Positions 37,675 to 49,431 are shown, counted from the stretch's first letter. The stretch: DNA of 64,000 nucleotides from Acidobacteriota bacterium (GCA_027624045.1 JAQBUE010000002.1:6339-70338); one strand, 5' to 3'. Made by a program: numbers and translations. The notes: generated by a model from the letters alone, not told the origin.

Positions 37675-38935
37675 GTCCCGACAGCAGCTTGGGATAGAAA
37701 TCCGTCGACTTCTGAGGCATCACTCCGCCCGCGAATGAGATCTGCGCGACCTTTTGGACGTCGACCGGGCGAAGCAGGAAAGCGATATCACCCGCGCCGG
37801 AGCGGACTTCGGCGACGGCCGCTTCGAAGCCCCGGACGTAGCTGATGTTCTTCAGTTCGCGCACATCCTCTTCAGAAATACCGAGCACTTCTGTCAGTAA
37901 TAATTTGTGGAGGACCACGACATCGAGGCTTCGCTCCTCGGCCGTGGCATCCACTAAGGCAGCGTCGAGAGCCTCGGGACGTGCCTGCAGCAGGTAGTTC
38001 TTGGCCGCGCCTTGCAGGCTCACGCCGATCGCAGACTGGTCAGCCGGGGAAGAATCGAGCTTCCTTTGCAGTTCCTCGGGCGCCGCGAAGCCCTCAATCT
38101 CGAACCACTGGCTCGCCTTCTGCCGGAAGGCTTCGGCGGGAAAACCGCCCAAACCAGTCAGTACACGGTGTGTCGCGAGTACGACCAAGCCCGCTGCTCG
38201 CATGTTGACGAAGGTCATCATGACGCGGTCAGCGCCGGGAATGCCCGCGTTCTCCCGCGCATAGGCGAGCGCGGTTTCGTAGCGGTGATGGCCGTCGGCG
38301 ATCAGGATCTTCTTGTCGCGCATGAGGGCCTGGATCTGCGCCGTCGCGGCCGGGTCATCGATCTTCCAGACGCGGTGGCGGACATTGAAGTGGTCGCTGA
38401 CATCGATCAGCGGAGACTTCAGCGCCGCCTCGTCGAGGCACGCTTCGACCGAGCGCGCCGGATCGTCATACAGCACGAATAGCTGCCCGAAGTGCGCCTT
38501 GGTATGGCGTGTGAGCTGAAGCCGGTCGAGCTTTGGCCCCGAATGCGTGAGTTCATGTCCGAAGACGACTTTCTTTTCGTACGGCAAGGCTTCAGTGAGG
38601 CCGATGAAGCCCTGACGAACAAGCCGCTCGCCTGTCTCAGGGTGTTCGAATTCCTGGAAGTAGGGATAGAAGGCCGGGGCAGCGTCCTGGGCCAAGATTT
38701 CGTCGCGGATCCAGGCTTCCATGTCGGCCGCGGCCCGCGTGTAGACGTTGTTGCTGTCGTTATCCCCCGGCTCGCCGAGGCCTTTCGTCAAGCGGACAAA
38801 ATTGTAAGGGCTCGCATCGTAATACTTCTGCTGCAAGTCAGGCGGGATCTTATCGTAGGGCTGCGTGACAAGGTTACCGATCGGACCCGCCTTCTCCGCA
38901 TAGCGAAGAGCTTGGAAGGGATAGAGGTTCGCCAT
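37652..38935 (-). CDS. DUF1015 domain protein
   Basis: N-terminal MANLYPFQALRY and an internal ILIADGHHRYETA are characteristic DUF1015 blocks. Confidence 0.8.
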   Translation of the reverse strand: MANLYPFQALRYAEKAGPIGNLVTQPYDKIPPDLQQKYYDASPYNFVRLTKGLGEPGDNDSNNVYTRAAADMEAWIRDEILAQDAAPAFYPYFQEFEHPETGERLVRQGFIGLTEALPYEKKVVFGHELTHSGPKLDRLQLTRHTKAHFGQLFVLYDDPARSVEACLDEAALKSPLIDVSDHFNVRHRVWKIDDPAATAQIQALMRDKKILIADGHHRYETALAYARENAGIPGADRVMMTFVNMRAAGLVVLATHRVLTGLGGFPAEAFRQKASQWFEIEGFAAPEELQRKLDSSPADQSAIGVSLQGAAKNYLLQARPEALDAALVDATAEERSLDVVVLHKLLLTEVLGISEEDVRELKNISYVRGFEAAVAEVRSGAGDIAFLLRPVDVQKVAQISFAGGVMPQKSTDFYPKLLSGLTVYQIG

Positions 38936-39020
38936 AGGAAACTCCTGGGACCGCTAGGTGGCGCTGTGGGAAGAGCAACCAGCCGGTACACGAATTGGAT
39001 AGGAAACAAGTGCGGGGAAA

Positions 39021-39097
<77 letters not shown>

Positions 39098-39106
39098 GTG
39101 AGGACA

Positions 39107-39133
39107 GCTATAACTGCTCGATGGAAGTGCCAA
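39107..39133 (-). promoter_or_regulatory. candidate promoter of tRNA-Asp
   Basis: Minus strand TTGGCA-N15-TATAGC, with the -10 ending 9 nt before the mature tRNA 5' end. The spacer is shorter than optimal. Confidence 0.25.
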
Positions 39134-39278
39134 GCCTCCAACAAACTTGATGCTAACACGCACGAGAGAGGGGTGCAATCGACCATACTGGGCTGCTTCC
39201 GCCGATGGCGGACCGCACACTGCGAGACGGATTTGGGGCTCTCATGCGATGCTGAATACGGAAGGACGAATCTCTTTG

Positions 39279-40286
39279 ATGAAACATGTAATTTCTCTGC
39301 TTCCGGGCGACGGCATCGGCCCCGAAGTGACTCAGGCTACCGTGCGCGCGGTCGAAGCCACGGGCGTTGACATTGAATGGCAGTCTTTGGAGGCGGGCAG
39401 CGTGGCACTGGAAAAGACTGGGGAGGTCTTGCCGGAATCTGTACTGGCGTCGCTGCGCAAAAACCGGGTGGGCTTGAAAGGCCCGATCGCGACGCCGATC
39501 GGCACAGGGTTCTCGAGTGTGAACGTCTCGCTCCGCAAGACCTTGGACCTGTATGCAAACTTCCGCCCCGCGCGGGCGCTGCCGGGCGTAAAAACTCCGT
39601 TTTCCGACCGCGGGCTCGATCTCATTGTCGTCCGCGAGAACACTGAGGGGCTGTACTCGGGGCTGGAACACGAGGTCGTGCCAGGTGTTGTCGAGAGCCT
39701 GAGGATCATCACCGAGAAAGCGAGTTTGCGTATTTCCGAGTACGCCTTTGCCTTCGCCAGGAAGGCCGGGCGCAAGAAGGTGTCGGCGATTCACAAGGCG
39801 AACATCATGAAGCTGGGTGACGGCTTGTTCCTGCGCTGTTCACGGCAGGTGGCGGAACGCTACCCGGAGATTGAGTACGACGAGCTGATCATCGACAACA
39901 CCTGCATGCAGCTTGTGATGCGGCCCGAGCAGTTCGACATTCTGCTGATGGAAAATCTCTACGGCGACATCGTTTCCGACCTTTGCGCCGGACTGGTCGG
40001 GGGGCTGGGAATGGTGCCCGGGGCGAATCTCGGCGATGACTGCGCGATCTTCGAGGCGGTGCATGGAAGCGCGCCCGATATCGCCGGGCAGAACGTCGCG
40101 AATCCCACGGCGCTGATGCGCGCGGCCGTGCAGATGCTTGACCACATCGACGAGCCGGAGGCGGCTCAGCGGCTGCGCGCCGCAATCGAGCACGTCTACA
40201 AGGAAGGTAAGTCGCTGACGCGCGACGTCGGAGGCACCGCAAGCACCTCGACGTTCGCCGACGCGGTGGTGGCGGCGATTGGCTAG
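39279..40286 (+). CDS. icd: isocitrate dehydrogenase, NAD-type (isocitrate/isopropylmalate dehydrogenase family)
   Basis: From ATG 39279: [36 protein letters not shown] and [14 protein letters not shown]. Length is 335 aa. I cannot fully exclude another beta-decarboxylating dehydrogenase. Confidence 0.8.
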   Translation: MKHVISLLPGDGIGPEVTQATVRAVEATGVDIEWQSLEAGSVALEKTGEVLPESVLASLRKNRVGLKGPIATPIGTGFSSVNVSLRKTLDLYANFRPARALPGVKTPFSDRGLDLIVVRENTEGLYSGLEHEVVPGVVESLRIITEKASLRISEYAFAFARKAGRKKVSAIHKANIMKLGDGLFLRCSRQVAERYPEIEYDELIIDNTCMQLVMRPEQFDILLMENLYGDIVSDLCAGLVGGLGMVPGANLGDDCAIFEAVHGSAPDIAGQNVANPTALMRAAVQMLDHIDEPEAAQRLRAAIEHVYKEGKSLTRDVGGTASTSTFADAVVAAIG

Positions 40287-40313
40287 CTGAGAGGCCAGAA
40301 ATGCGGGCTAACC

Positions 40314-40403
40314 CTAGAGCATGTACTCGTCGGCCAGTAGTTGATTGAGAATATCGATAACGCCCTGGCGGTCCTTGTCGTCGAGGCCGATTTCAGGTTT
40401 CAC
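40314..40403 (-). pseudogene. Dps (ferritin-like DNA-protection protein) N-terminal remnant, 29 codons
   Basis: GGGAGGAG, then 6 nt, then GTG 40403 gives VKPEIGLDDKDRQGVIDILNQLLADEYML, then TAG. This resembles the Dps N-terminus (IGL...LN.LLAD..xLY.KT..xHW). The ferritin-like core is absent and the icd stop lies 28 nt away. Confidence 0.5.
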
Positions 40404-40437
40404 TGTTTGCTCCTCCCGCCGCGTTGAGAAGACGGCG

Positions 40438-42309
40438 CTACCAAGCGTCGGCGTAACGGTAGCCATAGGGATCGGCGCCGGCGGATATCACGCCATTGGC
40501 TGTTCGCAGCACAGCGACGGGAGCTGAGCCGCTGTTCCAACGGTTGCGGCGTTCGATCTGATGACCGAGCTTCTTGAGGGCCTCCTCCACCGAGTCCGGG
40601 ATACGCTCATCGAGCAGCAGCAGGTTGGCGTCCATGGCGTGGTCGTCGAAGCTGGCGACCATGTGGCGTGTCTGGAAGCGCGGGGCCTCGACGGCGGCCT
40701 GCGGGTTCAGCCGAAACTCGAGGATCGCGAGCATGACTTGCAGAAGCGCTTGATCCTGCTGGTCGCCCCCGGGGGTTGAGAGCGCCATGACGGGTCTGCC
40801 TTGCCGCGTGACGAGGGTGGGCGAGAGGGTGATGCGCGGGCGCTTCCCGGGCTCGACGACGTTCGGGTGATCGGGGATCATCAGAAAACTCTGTGCGCGC
40901 TGTGTCAACGGGATGCCGGTGTCGGCGGCGATGACCGACGGCATCCAGGCGCCGGAGGGCGTAACAGAGAACATGACGCCGGCGCTGTCGATGATGTTCA
41001 GGCACGTCGTGTCATGGGACGCTAGGGCGTCCGTGAGCGGTCGCAGCTGCCCGGCGTAGAAGGCCGGGTGCGGCGGTTCCTTGGAATCGAAGCGGCCCGG
41101 CCGGAATTCCGCCGAAGCGTGTTCGGGGTCAATCATGGCGCGCCGTTCAGCGGCGTACTCCTTGCTGAGGAGCTGGGGCGGAATCTTCGAAAACTTGGGG
41201 TCGGCGTAATAGGTATCGCGGTCGGCGTAGGCGAGCTTTAAGGCTTCGACGACAGTATGGATGAACTGGGGTGAGTTCCAGCCCATGGCGCCAAGGTCAT
41301 ACCCTTCGAGGATGTTCAGGGCCTGCAGCAGGATGGGGCCTTGGGTATAGAAGCCGCTTTTATAGACTTCGAAACCCCGATAGTTGGTGGTCTCGGGTGC
41401 CTCGACTTCGAGGCGAAATTTTGCCATGTCTTCATAGCGCAGCAGGCCACCGTTGTCGCGTGAGAAATCACCGATTTTCTTAGCGATTTCGCCGCGGTAG
41501 AAATAGTCGCGGACGGCATCGATCGCAGCCTTGCGGCCGGCGCCTTTATCCAGAGCGCTTTGCTCGGCGGCGACCATGGAGCGCAGCGTGCGGGCAAGGT
41601 CGGGTTGGTGGAACACGCTGCCGACGCTAGGGATGCGTCCGCCGGGCATGTAAACGCTTTGAGAGGTAGGAAAGAGCCTGAAGATTCGGACGGACTGGGC
41701 GATCGACGAGGCTCGCATGTGGTCGAGCGGCATGGCGTCGGCGAGATCGAGCGCGGGTTGGATGATTTCCTGGAACGATTTTGTTCCGAAGTCCCGCAAG
41801 GCCAGCAGTCCGCCGTCGACCATGCCGGGAACGATGGCGGGCAAGATGCCATAGGAGGGGATTTGGCCGCCATCGCGGCCGCGGCGCCGGGATTCCTGGA
41901 TGATCTCCGGGTCCTGCCGGTGTGAGCGGAAGAACTCCAGAGTCATCTTCTCGGGGGCGCTGCCGACACCTGCGATGGAGTGAACCGCGCCGTCCTTGGT
42001 GCGGATGAGAATGGGGGCTTCGCCACCGAATCCGAAATGGGAAAACTCGCAGACCGACGCGGCGTACAGAGCGCCCACACCGGCGTCGACGGCGTTGCCG
42101 CGCGCATGCAGAATGCGCATCGCGGCTTCGCTTGACAAGGGAGTGCCTGCGGCCACTGCCGCGCGCATGCCACTGACGACCGGGCGCATCACGCGCCAGT
42201 TCATCTGCTCTTGGTTTTTGGGATCGTCTTGCGATCGCTGCGGGCAGACGGCCGGCGAAAAGAGGGCCCCAAGAATCAGGCCGAAAAGTAAGCGGCGAAA
42301 GGGGTTCAT
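40438..42309 (-). CDS. ggt: gamma-glutamyltransferase-family protein
   Basis: Signal peptide from ATG 42309 (MNPFRRLLFGLILGALFSPAV). The HDTTCLNIIDSAGVMFSVTPS block contains the autoprocessing Thr, and a C-terminal PGGDQQDQ block is present. Confidence 0.85.
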   Translation of the reverse strand: MNPFRRLLFGLILGALFSPAVCPQRSQDDPKNQEQMNWRVMRPVVSGMRAAVAAGTPLSSEAAMRILHARGNAVDAGVGALYAASVCEFSHFGFGGEAPILIRTKDGAVHSIAGVGSAPEKMTLEFFRSHRQDPEIIQESRRRGRDGGQIPSYGILPAIVPGMVDGGLLALRDFGTKSFQEIIQPALDLADAMPLDHMRASSIAQSVRIFRLFPTSQSVYMPGGRIPSVGSVFHQPDLARTLRSMVAAEQSALDKGAGRKAAIDAVRDYFYRGEIAKKIGDFSRDNGGLLRYEDMAKFRLEVEAPETTNYRGFEVYKSGFYTQGPILLQALNILEGYDLGAMGWNSPQFIHTVVEALKLAYADRDTYYADPKFSKIPPQLLSKEYAAERRAMIDPEHASAEFRPGRFDSKEPPHPAFYAGQLRPLTDALASHDTTCLNIIDSAGVMFSVTPSGAWMPSVIAADTGIPLTQRAQSFLMIPDHPNVVEPGKRPRITLSPTLVTRQGRPVMALSTPGGDQQDQALLQVMLAILEFRLNPQAAVEAPRFQTRHMVASFDDHAMDANLLLLDERIPDSVEEALKKLGHQIERRNRWNSGSAPVAVLRTANGVISAGADPYGYRYADAW

Positions 42310-42413
42310 AGGGGCCTCGCGCAAATTCTCTGTCATGATAGCAGTCTGCTCCTCAGTACCAAATCGAAGGGGTATTTTCGGCTGCCACGCTACAAAGACG
42401 CCGTTGTGAGCTG

Positions 42414-43577
42414 ATGTTTTCTTCTCGCACGAATTGGAATCGGACGCCGAATCGCCTGAGCGAGGCCCTGGCCCGGCGTCGCGCGGCCGGGCTGGAAATC
42501 TTGGATTTGACGGAATCGAATCCAACGCGTTGCGGCTTCGCCTGGGATGCCGACGCGCTGTTCGATGCGCTGCGGCGTCTCGAAATCGCGGACTACCGCC
42601 CCGAGCCGCGTGGTCTTGAAGAGGCGCGGTCCGCCGTGCGCGGCTACTATGCGGACCAAGGCATTGCGATCGAAGATGAGCAGATTGTCCTGACGGCCAG
42701 CACGAGCGAGGCTTATGCGTTCGTGTTGCGTCTGCTGACCGAACCCGGGGACGAGGTGTTGGGGCCGGCGCCGAGCTATCCCTTGATTCAATACCTAGCG
42801 GATCTGCATGACGTTACGTTGTCGCACTACCCACTGCTCTATGACCATGGCTGGACGGTGGACGCCGCCACCCTGGAATCTTCCGTTACGGACCGAACCA
42901 GGGCTGTGATCGCCGTGTCGCCGAACAATCCGACTGGCTCGTACTTAGGGGACCGGGAGTGCAAGCGGATTCGCCGGCTGGCGGCTGAACACGGAATAGC
43001 ATTGGTCGTGGATGAGGTTTTTCGCGATTACTCCTGGAGCGAAAGCGCACGTCCCCCGGCGAGTACGGTGACGGTTGAGGAGTGTCTTACGTTCACGTTG
43101 AGCGGCCTGTCGAAAGTGTCGGCTCTGCCGCAGATGAAGCTGGGCTGGATCGTGGTGAGCGGGCCGGCGGCTCTGCGCGATGAAGCACTCGGCCGATTGG
43201 AAGTGATCGCCGATACGTACTTATCCGTCAGTACTCCGGTACAGGTCGCCGCGCGGTCACTGATCGAGATGCGGGCCAAGGTTCAGGAGGGGATACTGCG
43301 GCGCGTACGTGGCAACTTGGCTGAACTCGACGACATTTTGAGCGGTTCTCGTTGCAGCCGTTTGCAAGGGGAGGCGGGTTGGTATGCCGTGTTGCGCGTT
43401 CCCAATACCCGCGGCGATGAAGAGTGGGCGCTCGATCTGATCGAGAAGGAAGGGGTCTATCTGCTGCCAGGACATTTCTTCGACTTTCCCGGCGAGGGTC
43501 ACTTGGTGATCAGTCTGATTTCGCCGCCGGAAGCGATTCACAGCGGCTGCAAACGGCTGGTGAGAAACGCAAACTAA
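42414..43577 (+). CDS. PLP-dependent aminotransferase, class I/II
   Basis: SPNNPTGS, VVDEVF and SGLSKVSALPQMKLGW (PLP Lys) motifs. Confidence 0.85.
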   Translation: MFSSRTNWNRTPNRLSEALARRRAAGLEILDLTESNPTRCGFAWDADALFDALRRLEIADYRPEPRGLEEARSAVRGYYADQGIAIEDEQIVLTASTSEAYAFVLRLLTEPGDEVLGPAPSYPLIQYLADLHDVTLSHYPLLYDHGWTVDAATLESSVTDRTRAVIAVSPNNPTGSYLGDRECKRIRRLAAEHGIALVVDEVFRDYSWSESARPPASTVTVEECLTFTLSGLSKVSALPQMKLGWIVVSGPAALRDEALGRLEVIADTYLSVSTPVQVAARSLIEMRAKVQEGILRRVRGNLAELDDILSGSRCSRLQGEAGWYAVLRVPNTRGDEEWALDLIEKEGVYLLPGHFFDFPGEGHLVISLISPPEAIHSGCKRLVRNAN

Positions 43578-44131
43578 GTTTTCTTCCCGGCGGCGGGGCT
43601 CCAGCGGCGTGAAGAAACGACGCCGCTATTGAGACCCAGCATGTTCAGACGTCCGAAAAAGCGGGCGTGCTCAACCTTCATGCATTGATCCATCACGACT
43701 TCGAGGCCGGCTTCACGGGCGCGCTTGGCGGCCTCGTAGTGGATGATACCGAATTGCGTCCAGACGACCTTCGCGCCGATCTCGATGGCTTCTTCGACGA
43801 TCGGCGGTACGTCTTCAGAGGCGCGGAAGATGTTGACAACCTCGACAGGTCCGGGGATGTCCTTCACCGATGGGTAGCAGGTGCGGCCCAGAATCTGCTG
43901 CTCGCGCGGATTGACCGGGATCACGTCGTATCCCTCCGCCAGTAGGTAGCGGGCGGCGAAATGGCTCGGGCGGTAAGGGTTCGAGGAAAGCCCGACCATC
44001 GCGATTCGGCGGTAATCTTCGAGAATGCGCAGCCGGTCTTCCCACGGGGTTGCAAACTCGGTTCTCGCGACGGGCGAGCCGGCGCTCACTCCGCCCGTCG
44101 AGAGACTACAAACCAGATTTTGCCGCCGCAT
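43574..44131 (-). CDS. CoA-binding domain protein (YccU/YneT-like)
   Basis: RRIAMVGLSSNPYRPSHFAARYLLAEGYDVIPVNP and VNIFR are typical of the CoA-binding family. The true start is probably downstream of 44131. Confidence 0.75.
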   Translation of the reverse strand: MRRQNLVCSLSTGGVSAGSPVARTEFATPWEDRLRILEDYRRIAMVGLSSNPYRPSHFAARYLLAEGYDVIPVNPREQQILGRTCYPSVKDIPGPVEVVNIFRASEDVPPIVEEAIEIGAKVVWTQFGIIHYEAAKRAREAGLEVVMDQCMKVEHARFFGRLNMLGLNSGVVSSRRWSPAAGKKT

Positions 44132-44165
44132 CAGGAAACCGGGTTCAGCTTAACGTGCCCGCTGC

Positions 44166-45449
<1,284 letters not shown>

Positions 45450-45663
45450 TTATTGTTCAGCCATAGTCGTCTATCCTACCCTACTGTTAGTGAGATTTTC
45501 AGCGGCACGCTGCCGCCTATTCTGGTTAGCGCGACTTGACCGAACTAGGCGACATGACGGGCTGAAATACTTGACGCGATTCTACTACGTCGCCGCGTCG
45601 CCGCGGGCGGCCATCACCAACAAAAAACCGTCGCACGGGATATAAGGGATATAATTGGTCACG

Positions 45664-47016
45664 ATGAAGTACTGTGGACTTGTTTTGCTGTTCGCCTTGG
45701 GGATGGGGGTGTCATCGGCCCAGGTGAGCTACTACAACGACTTGCGCCCGGTTGTCGAGCGCTCGTGCCAGGGCTGCCATCAACCGGCAGGCAAGATGGG
45801 CGGGCTGGACTTGACGTCCTACGAGGCGATCACGGCGGGCGGAAACAAAGGGCCGTCGTTTGTCGCGGGTGCGGCCGAGGAAAGCCGCCTCGTGACGCTG
45901 CTGACGGGCGCGGGCGAACCCCGCATGCCGTTTGGTCAGGACCCCTTAGCGGACAGTGAGATCGACCTGTTCCGGCGCTGGGTGAGCGAGGGCGCCAAGG
46001 ATGATACGCCCGAATCTGCGCGAGGGCCGCAAGTGCCGTCCGAGCCTCCCACTTACGATCAGCCGCCCGTGCTGACCGCCGCCGCGTTTTCACCGGACGG
46101 GAAACTGCTGGCCGTCGGCGGGTATCGCGAGATTCTGCTTCACAAGGCCGATGGCTCGAAGATCGAAACGCGCTTGCTGGGACGATCCGACCGTATTCAC
46201 TCTGTCGCTTTCACGCCCGATGGAACGAAGCTCGTAGCCGTGGGCGGTACGCCGGGGCGCTTCGGCGAAGTTCAGGTTTGGGACCTCGCTTCGAAGACGC
46301 AACTGCATTCGGTGATGGCAACCGCTGACACGCTCTTTGGCGGCGCGCTTTCGCCGGATGGAACGCACGTCGTGGTCGGCGGTGCGGACAACCGCGTGCG
46401 GGTCATTGAGATCGCGACGGGCAAGGAGTTGTTCAAGGCTGGGCATCATGAAGATTGGGTGCTCGATGCCATTTTCGGGATTGATGGCAAGCGGGTTGTC
46501 ACGGTAGGCCGCGACCGCGCGGCCAAGCTGGCGGACGCCCAAACCGGCGCATTCCTAGAGAACGTCAACTTCCTGCGCGATGAGTTGTACGTGATTGCGC
46601 GCCACCCGCGGCGTGATTATGTGTTGATTGGCGGCGCGGACCGCGTGCCTTACCTCTATATGATGGACCGGCCGCGAGCGTTGAAGATCGCGGATGACTC
46701 GACGCTCGTGCGGAAATTCGATGAGCAGGAGGACGCGATTCACGCGCTGGCATTCAGCCAGGACGGCAGCCGCATCGCAGTCGGCGGCATCGCCGAGTTC
46801 GTCAATATCTACGACACCGAGTCGGGCGAGCGGGTGGCGAGTTGCAAGTTGCCGGCCGGAGGAGCTTTCGTGCTGGAGTTTCCTCCCGACGGCCGGCAGT
46901 TGCTGGCCGGGGGATTTGATGGCTTGTTGCGGGTTTTCGATGTTGCAAGTGGCAAGCAGGTGAAGGAGTTTTCGCCGGTCCCTCTTGAAAAGGGGCGGTT
47001 GCGGTCGGCCCGCTAG
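45664..47016 (+). CDS. secreted c-type-cytochrome-domain (PSCyt1-like) protein fused to a WD40 beta-propeller
   Basis: Signal peptide MKYCGLVLLFALGMGVSSAQ. CQGCHQPAGKMGGLDLTSYEAI is a CxxCH motif and RMPFGQDPLADSEIDLFRRWVSEGA follows. Repeated FSPDG..LA.GG...V.VWD-type WD40 units come after. Confidence 0.8.
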   Translation: MKYCGLVLLFALGMGVSSAQVSYYNDLRPVVERSCQGCHQPAGKMGGLDLTSYEAITAGGNKGPSFVAGAAEESRLVTLLTGAGEPRMPFGQDPLADSEIDLFRRWVSEGAKDDTPESARGPQVPSEPPTYDQPPVLTAAAFSPDGKLLAVGGYREILLHKADGSKIETRLLGRSDRIHSVAFTPDGTKLVAVGGTPGRFGEVQVWDLASKTQLHSVMATADTLFGGALSPDGTHVVVGGADNRVRVIEIATGKELFKAGHHEDWVLDAIFGIDGKRVVTVGRDRAAKLADAQTGAFLENVNFLRDELYVIARHPRRDYVLIGGADRVPYLYMMDRPRALKIADDSTLVRKFDEQEDAIHALAFSQDGSRIAVGGIAEFVNIYDTESGERVASCKLPAGGAFVLEFPPDGRQLLAGGFDGLLRVFDVASGKQVKEFSPVPLEKGRLRSAR

Positions 47017-47032
47017 AAGGGCTTTTGACGAA

Positions 47033-49426
47033 ATGAAACGTCGCCTGTTGATATTGTTCTCCGGGTTGGCCCTCACGGCTTCGGCGGCGGGGCCTTCGCT
47101 CACCATGATGCAGCCTTGGGGAGGGCAGCGAGGCACGGCGGTGACGCTTACGCTCACAGGCTATGACCTCACCGATGATGTTCGGATCCTGACGAGTCTG
47201 CCCGGCGCGTTGACCGAACTGACGGCGGACCGCCCCGGCCGCGAGTTGCCGCTGCTGGTCGAGATCGCGAAGGATGCGCAGATTGGTTCCTACCCGATTC
47301 GCGTAGAGACGAAGGCGGGGATTTCGAACGTGCTGCTGTTCACCGTGGGTCCGCTTAAGGAACAGGCCGAAGCTGAATCAGAAACGATGCGGCAGGTGTA
47401 TTCGAACGATTCGGCGGAAACCGCGGAACAAGTAACGTTGCCGGCGACAGTGAACGGCTTGCTGCGGGGAGCGGACCGTGATTGGTACCGAGTGAGCGGC
47501 GCGGCGGGCGAGAAAGTTGTGCTTGAGGTTGAGGCCCGGCGTATCGGCTCGGCGATTGACGCAACACTCGAAGTGCGCGATAGCTCGGGCAACACGATTG
47601 CGCGAAACAACGATGCGCGCGGCATTGACGTCGATCCCAGAACGGAAGTGACGGTTCCGGCGGACGGCGCGTTCTTCGTTGAGGTGCATGACGCGCGGTT
47701 CAGCGAGCAGCGGATGAATTTCTATCGCTTGCGCGTGGGGCGGTATACGTTCGCGGAGGCGGTTTTCCCGCTCGGCTGGAAGCGCGGCGAAGCGATAGAC
47801 GTGCACTTGCTCGGAGGCAATCTCGATAAGCCGCTGACGGTGAAGCCGGACCTCTCTCCCGAAGCGACCGCGGCAGGTTTCGCTGCCTTGCGGTTGCCGG
47901 ATGAAAACGGCCCGCTGCCCTTGCTCATGGTTGTCGGTGACGGCGATGAAATGCTGGAGCCCACAGGCAACGGTCCCTACGAGTTGAAGCCTGAGGTGGT
48001 GGTGAATGGCCGTGTTGCCGCTGCGGGCGAAGTGGACCGTTACCGCCTCAAAGTCAACAAGGGCGAGCAGTGGATGATCGAGACGCAGGCGGCGGGGCTC
48101 GGAACATCGGCCTTGTACGGGCTGCTCACGCTATACGGCGCGGACGGGGAGAAGCTGGCGTCGGCGGGCGATCAGGAGCCGGAGAAGCCGTTATCGATCA
48201 TCTCGTCGGCAGGCGAAACGTTCGGGGACCCGCACCTGGGATTTGAGGTCCCTGAGGGCCTGAGCGAAGTCAGCATCAGCATTGAAGATTTGCTGGGGCG
48301 CGGCGGGCTCGATTACGGCTATCGCATCGTGGCGCGGCGGCAGCCCCCGGACTTCACACTCACACTGGGGACGCCGTTTGTAACGATTCCCAAAGACGGC
48401 AGCAGCGTCGTCAACGTGAGCGCCGATCGGCGCGGCTTCGTGGGCGCGATCCGCCTGATCGTGGAAGGGTTGCCTGACGATGTCGATTCGCGCGGCGGAC
48501 ACATCCCCGCCGAAGATGGCGGCATGACGACATCGCGGAGCTCGCGGCGCGGAGTCGTCACATTGACACCGAAACCGGACGCCGAGCTGCGTGAGCTGGC
48601 CTTGGCGGTTTGGGGCGAGGGCGTAACCGAAGATGGCCGCACGATTCGCGTTCGGGCTCAGGCGCCGGGCATGCAGACGGGCGTGATGGGCCGTGGCCAA
48701 AAGGCGGTGAGGGCGGCTTGGCTGGCCCCGGACGTGCCGGCGCGTGTGGCTGAACCCGAAAAAGCTGTCCTCAAGCTGCTCACGCCCCAGACGCTACGCT
48801 TGATCCAGGGGATGGAGGCTAAGGTTCTCTGGGAGTTTGAAGGTGACGCCACCCCTGAGGGCCGCATCAGCGTCGGCAACACGCCTGCCGTGGGTAACAT
48901 TCGAGTGAACGGGACCACGACGGACAAAGAAGGCGCGAAATCCGGTCAGTTCACGGTCGTGACGACGGTGGGCACTCTGCCGATGACGTTCGACTTGATC
49001 GTTAGCGTGAACGCGGAGATCGGCGGCAGGGCACAGACCATTTACGCGCCGGCCCTTGTCGTCGATGTGGTGCAAGGATATCGAATCGAAGCGCCCAAAC
49101 AGTTAACCGAGATTCCGCGTGGCGGCAGCGCGCAGATTCTCGGAGGTTTTCATCGCGAGCCGGACTTCTCGTCGCCGGTGACGGTGAAGGCCGACAATCT
49201 ACCCTTGGGCGTCGAGTGCTCGGCGGCGGAGATCAGCGGAGCGCCGGACGAATATCGGCTGGAGTGCAAGGCCGACGAGTCAGCGACGCCCGGAGAGTAT
49301 GAAATCGAGCTGGCGCCGATGTCGGTGCTGGCCGGACGCGCCACCGAGCTTGTGCCCTATAAGATTGACGCGGTCGCCACACGTATCTCTGTTACGAAAT
49401 CCAGGAAGATGGCGCAGGCGCGATAA
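47033..49426 (+). CDS. secreted ~800-aa protein with two PPC-like (pre-peptidase C-terminal-type) modules, paralog 1
   Basis: Signal peptide MKRRLLILFSGLALTASAAG. NDSAETAEQVTLPATVNGLLRGADRDWYRVSGAAGEKVVLEVEA...GAFFVEVHD resembles a PPC domain, and a second module sits at VVNGRVAAAGEVDRYRLKVNKGEQWMIE. Paralogous to 51965-54391. Confidence 0.7.
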   Translation: MKRRLLILFSGLALTASAAGPSLTMMQPWGGQRGTAVTLTLTGYDLTDDVRILTSLPGALTELTADRPGRELPLLVEIAKDAQIGSYPIRVETKAGISNVLLFTVGPLKEQAEAESETMRQVYSNDSAETAEQVTLPATVNGLLRGADRDWYRVSGAAGEKVVLEVEARRIGSAIDATLEVRDSSGNTIARNNDARGIDVDPRTEVTVPADGAFFVEVHDARFSEQRMNFYRLRVGRYTFAEAVFPLGWKRGEAIDVHLLGGNLDKPLTVKPDLSPEATAAGFAALRLPDENGPLPLLMVVGDGDEMLEPTGNGPYELKPEVVVNGRVAAAGEVDRYRLKVNKGEQWMIETQAAGLGTSALYGLLTLYGADGEKLASAGDQEPEKPLSIISSAGETFGDPHLGFEVPEGLSEVSISIEDLLGRGGLDYGYRIVARRQPPDFTLTLGTPFVTIPKDGSSVVNVSADRRGFVGAIRLIVEGLPDDVDSRGGHIPAEDGGMTTSRSSRRGVVTLTPKPDAELRELALAVWGEGVTEDGRTIRVRAQAPGMQTGVMGRGQKAVRAAWLAPDVPARVAEPEKAVLKLLTPQTLRLIQGMEAKVLWEFEGDATPEGRISVGNTPAVGNIRVNGTTTDKEGAKSGQFTVVTTVGTLPMTFDLIVSVNAEIGGRAQTIYAPALVVDVVQGYRIEAPKQLTEIPRGGSAQILGGFHREPDFSSPVTVKADNLPLGVECSAAEISGAPDEYRLECKADESATPGEYEIELAPMSVLAGRATELVPYKIDAVATRISVTKSRKMAQAR

Positions 49427-49431
49427 CAGGA

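Noticed and set aside
45465-45655. Possible SAM riboswitch or attenuator in the metY leader, including small hairpins CGGCAGCGTGCCG and CCGTGCGACGG-TTTTTT.
   Set aside because: I could not recognise SAM-I, SAM-II or SAM/SAH core sequences. The hairpins are 4-5 bp and unconvincing.
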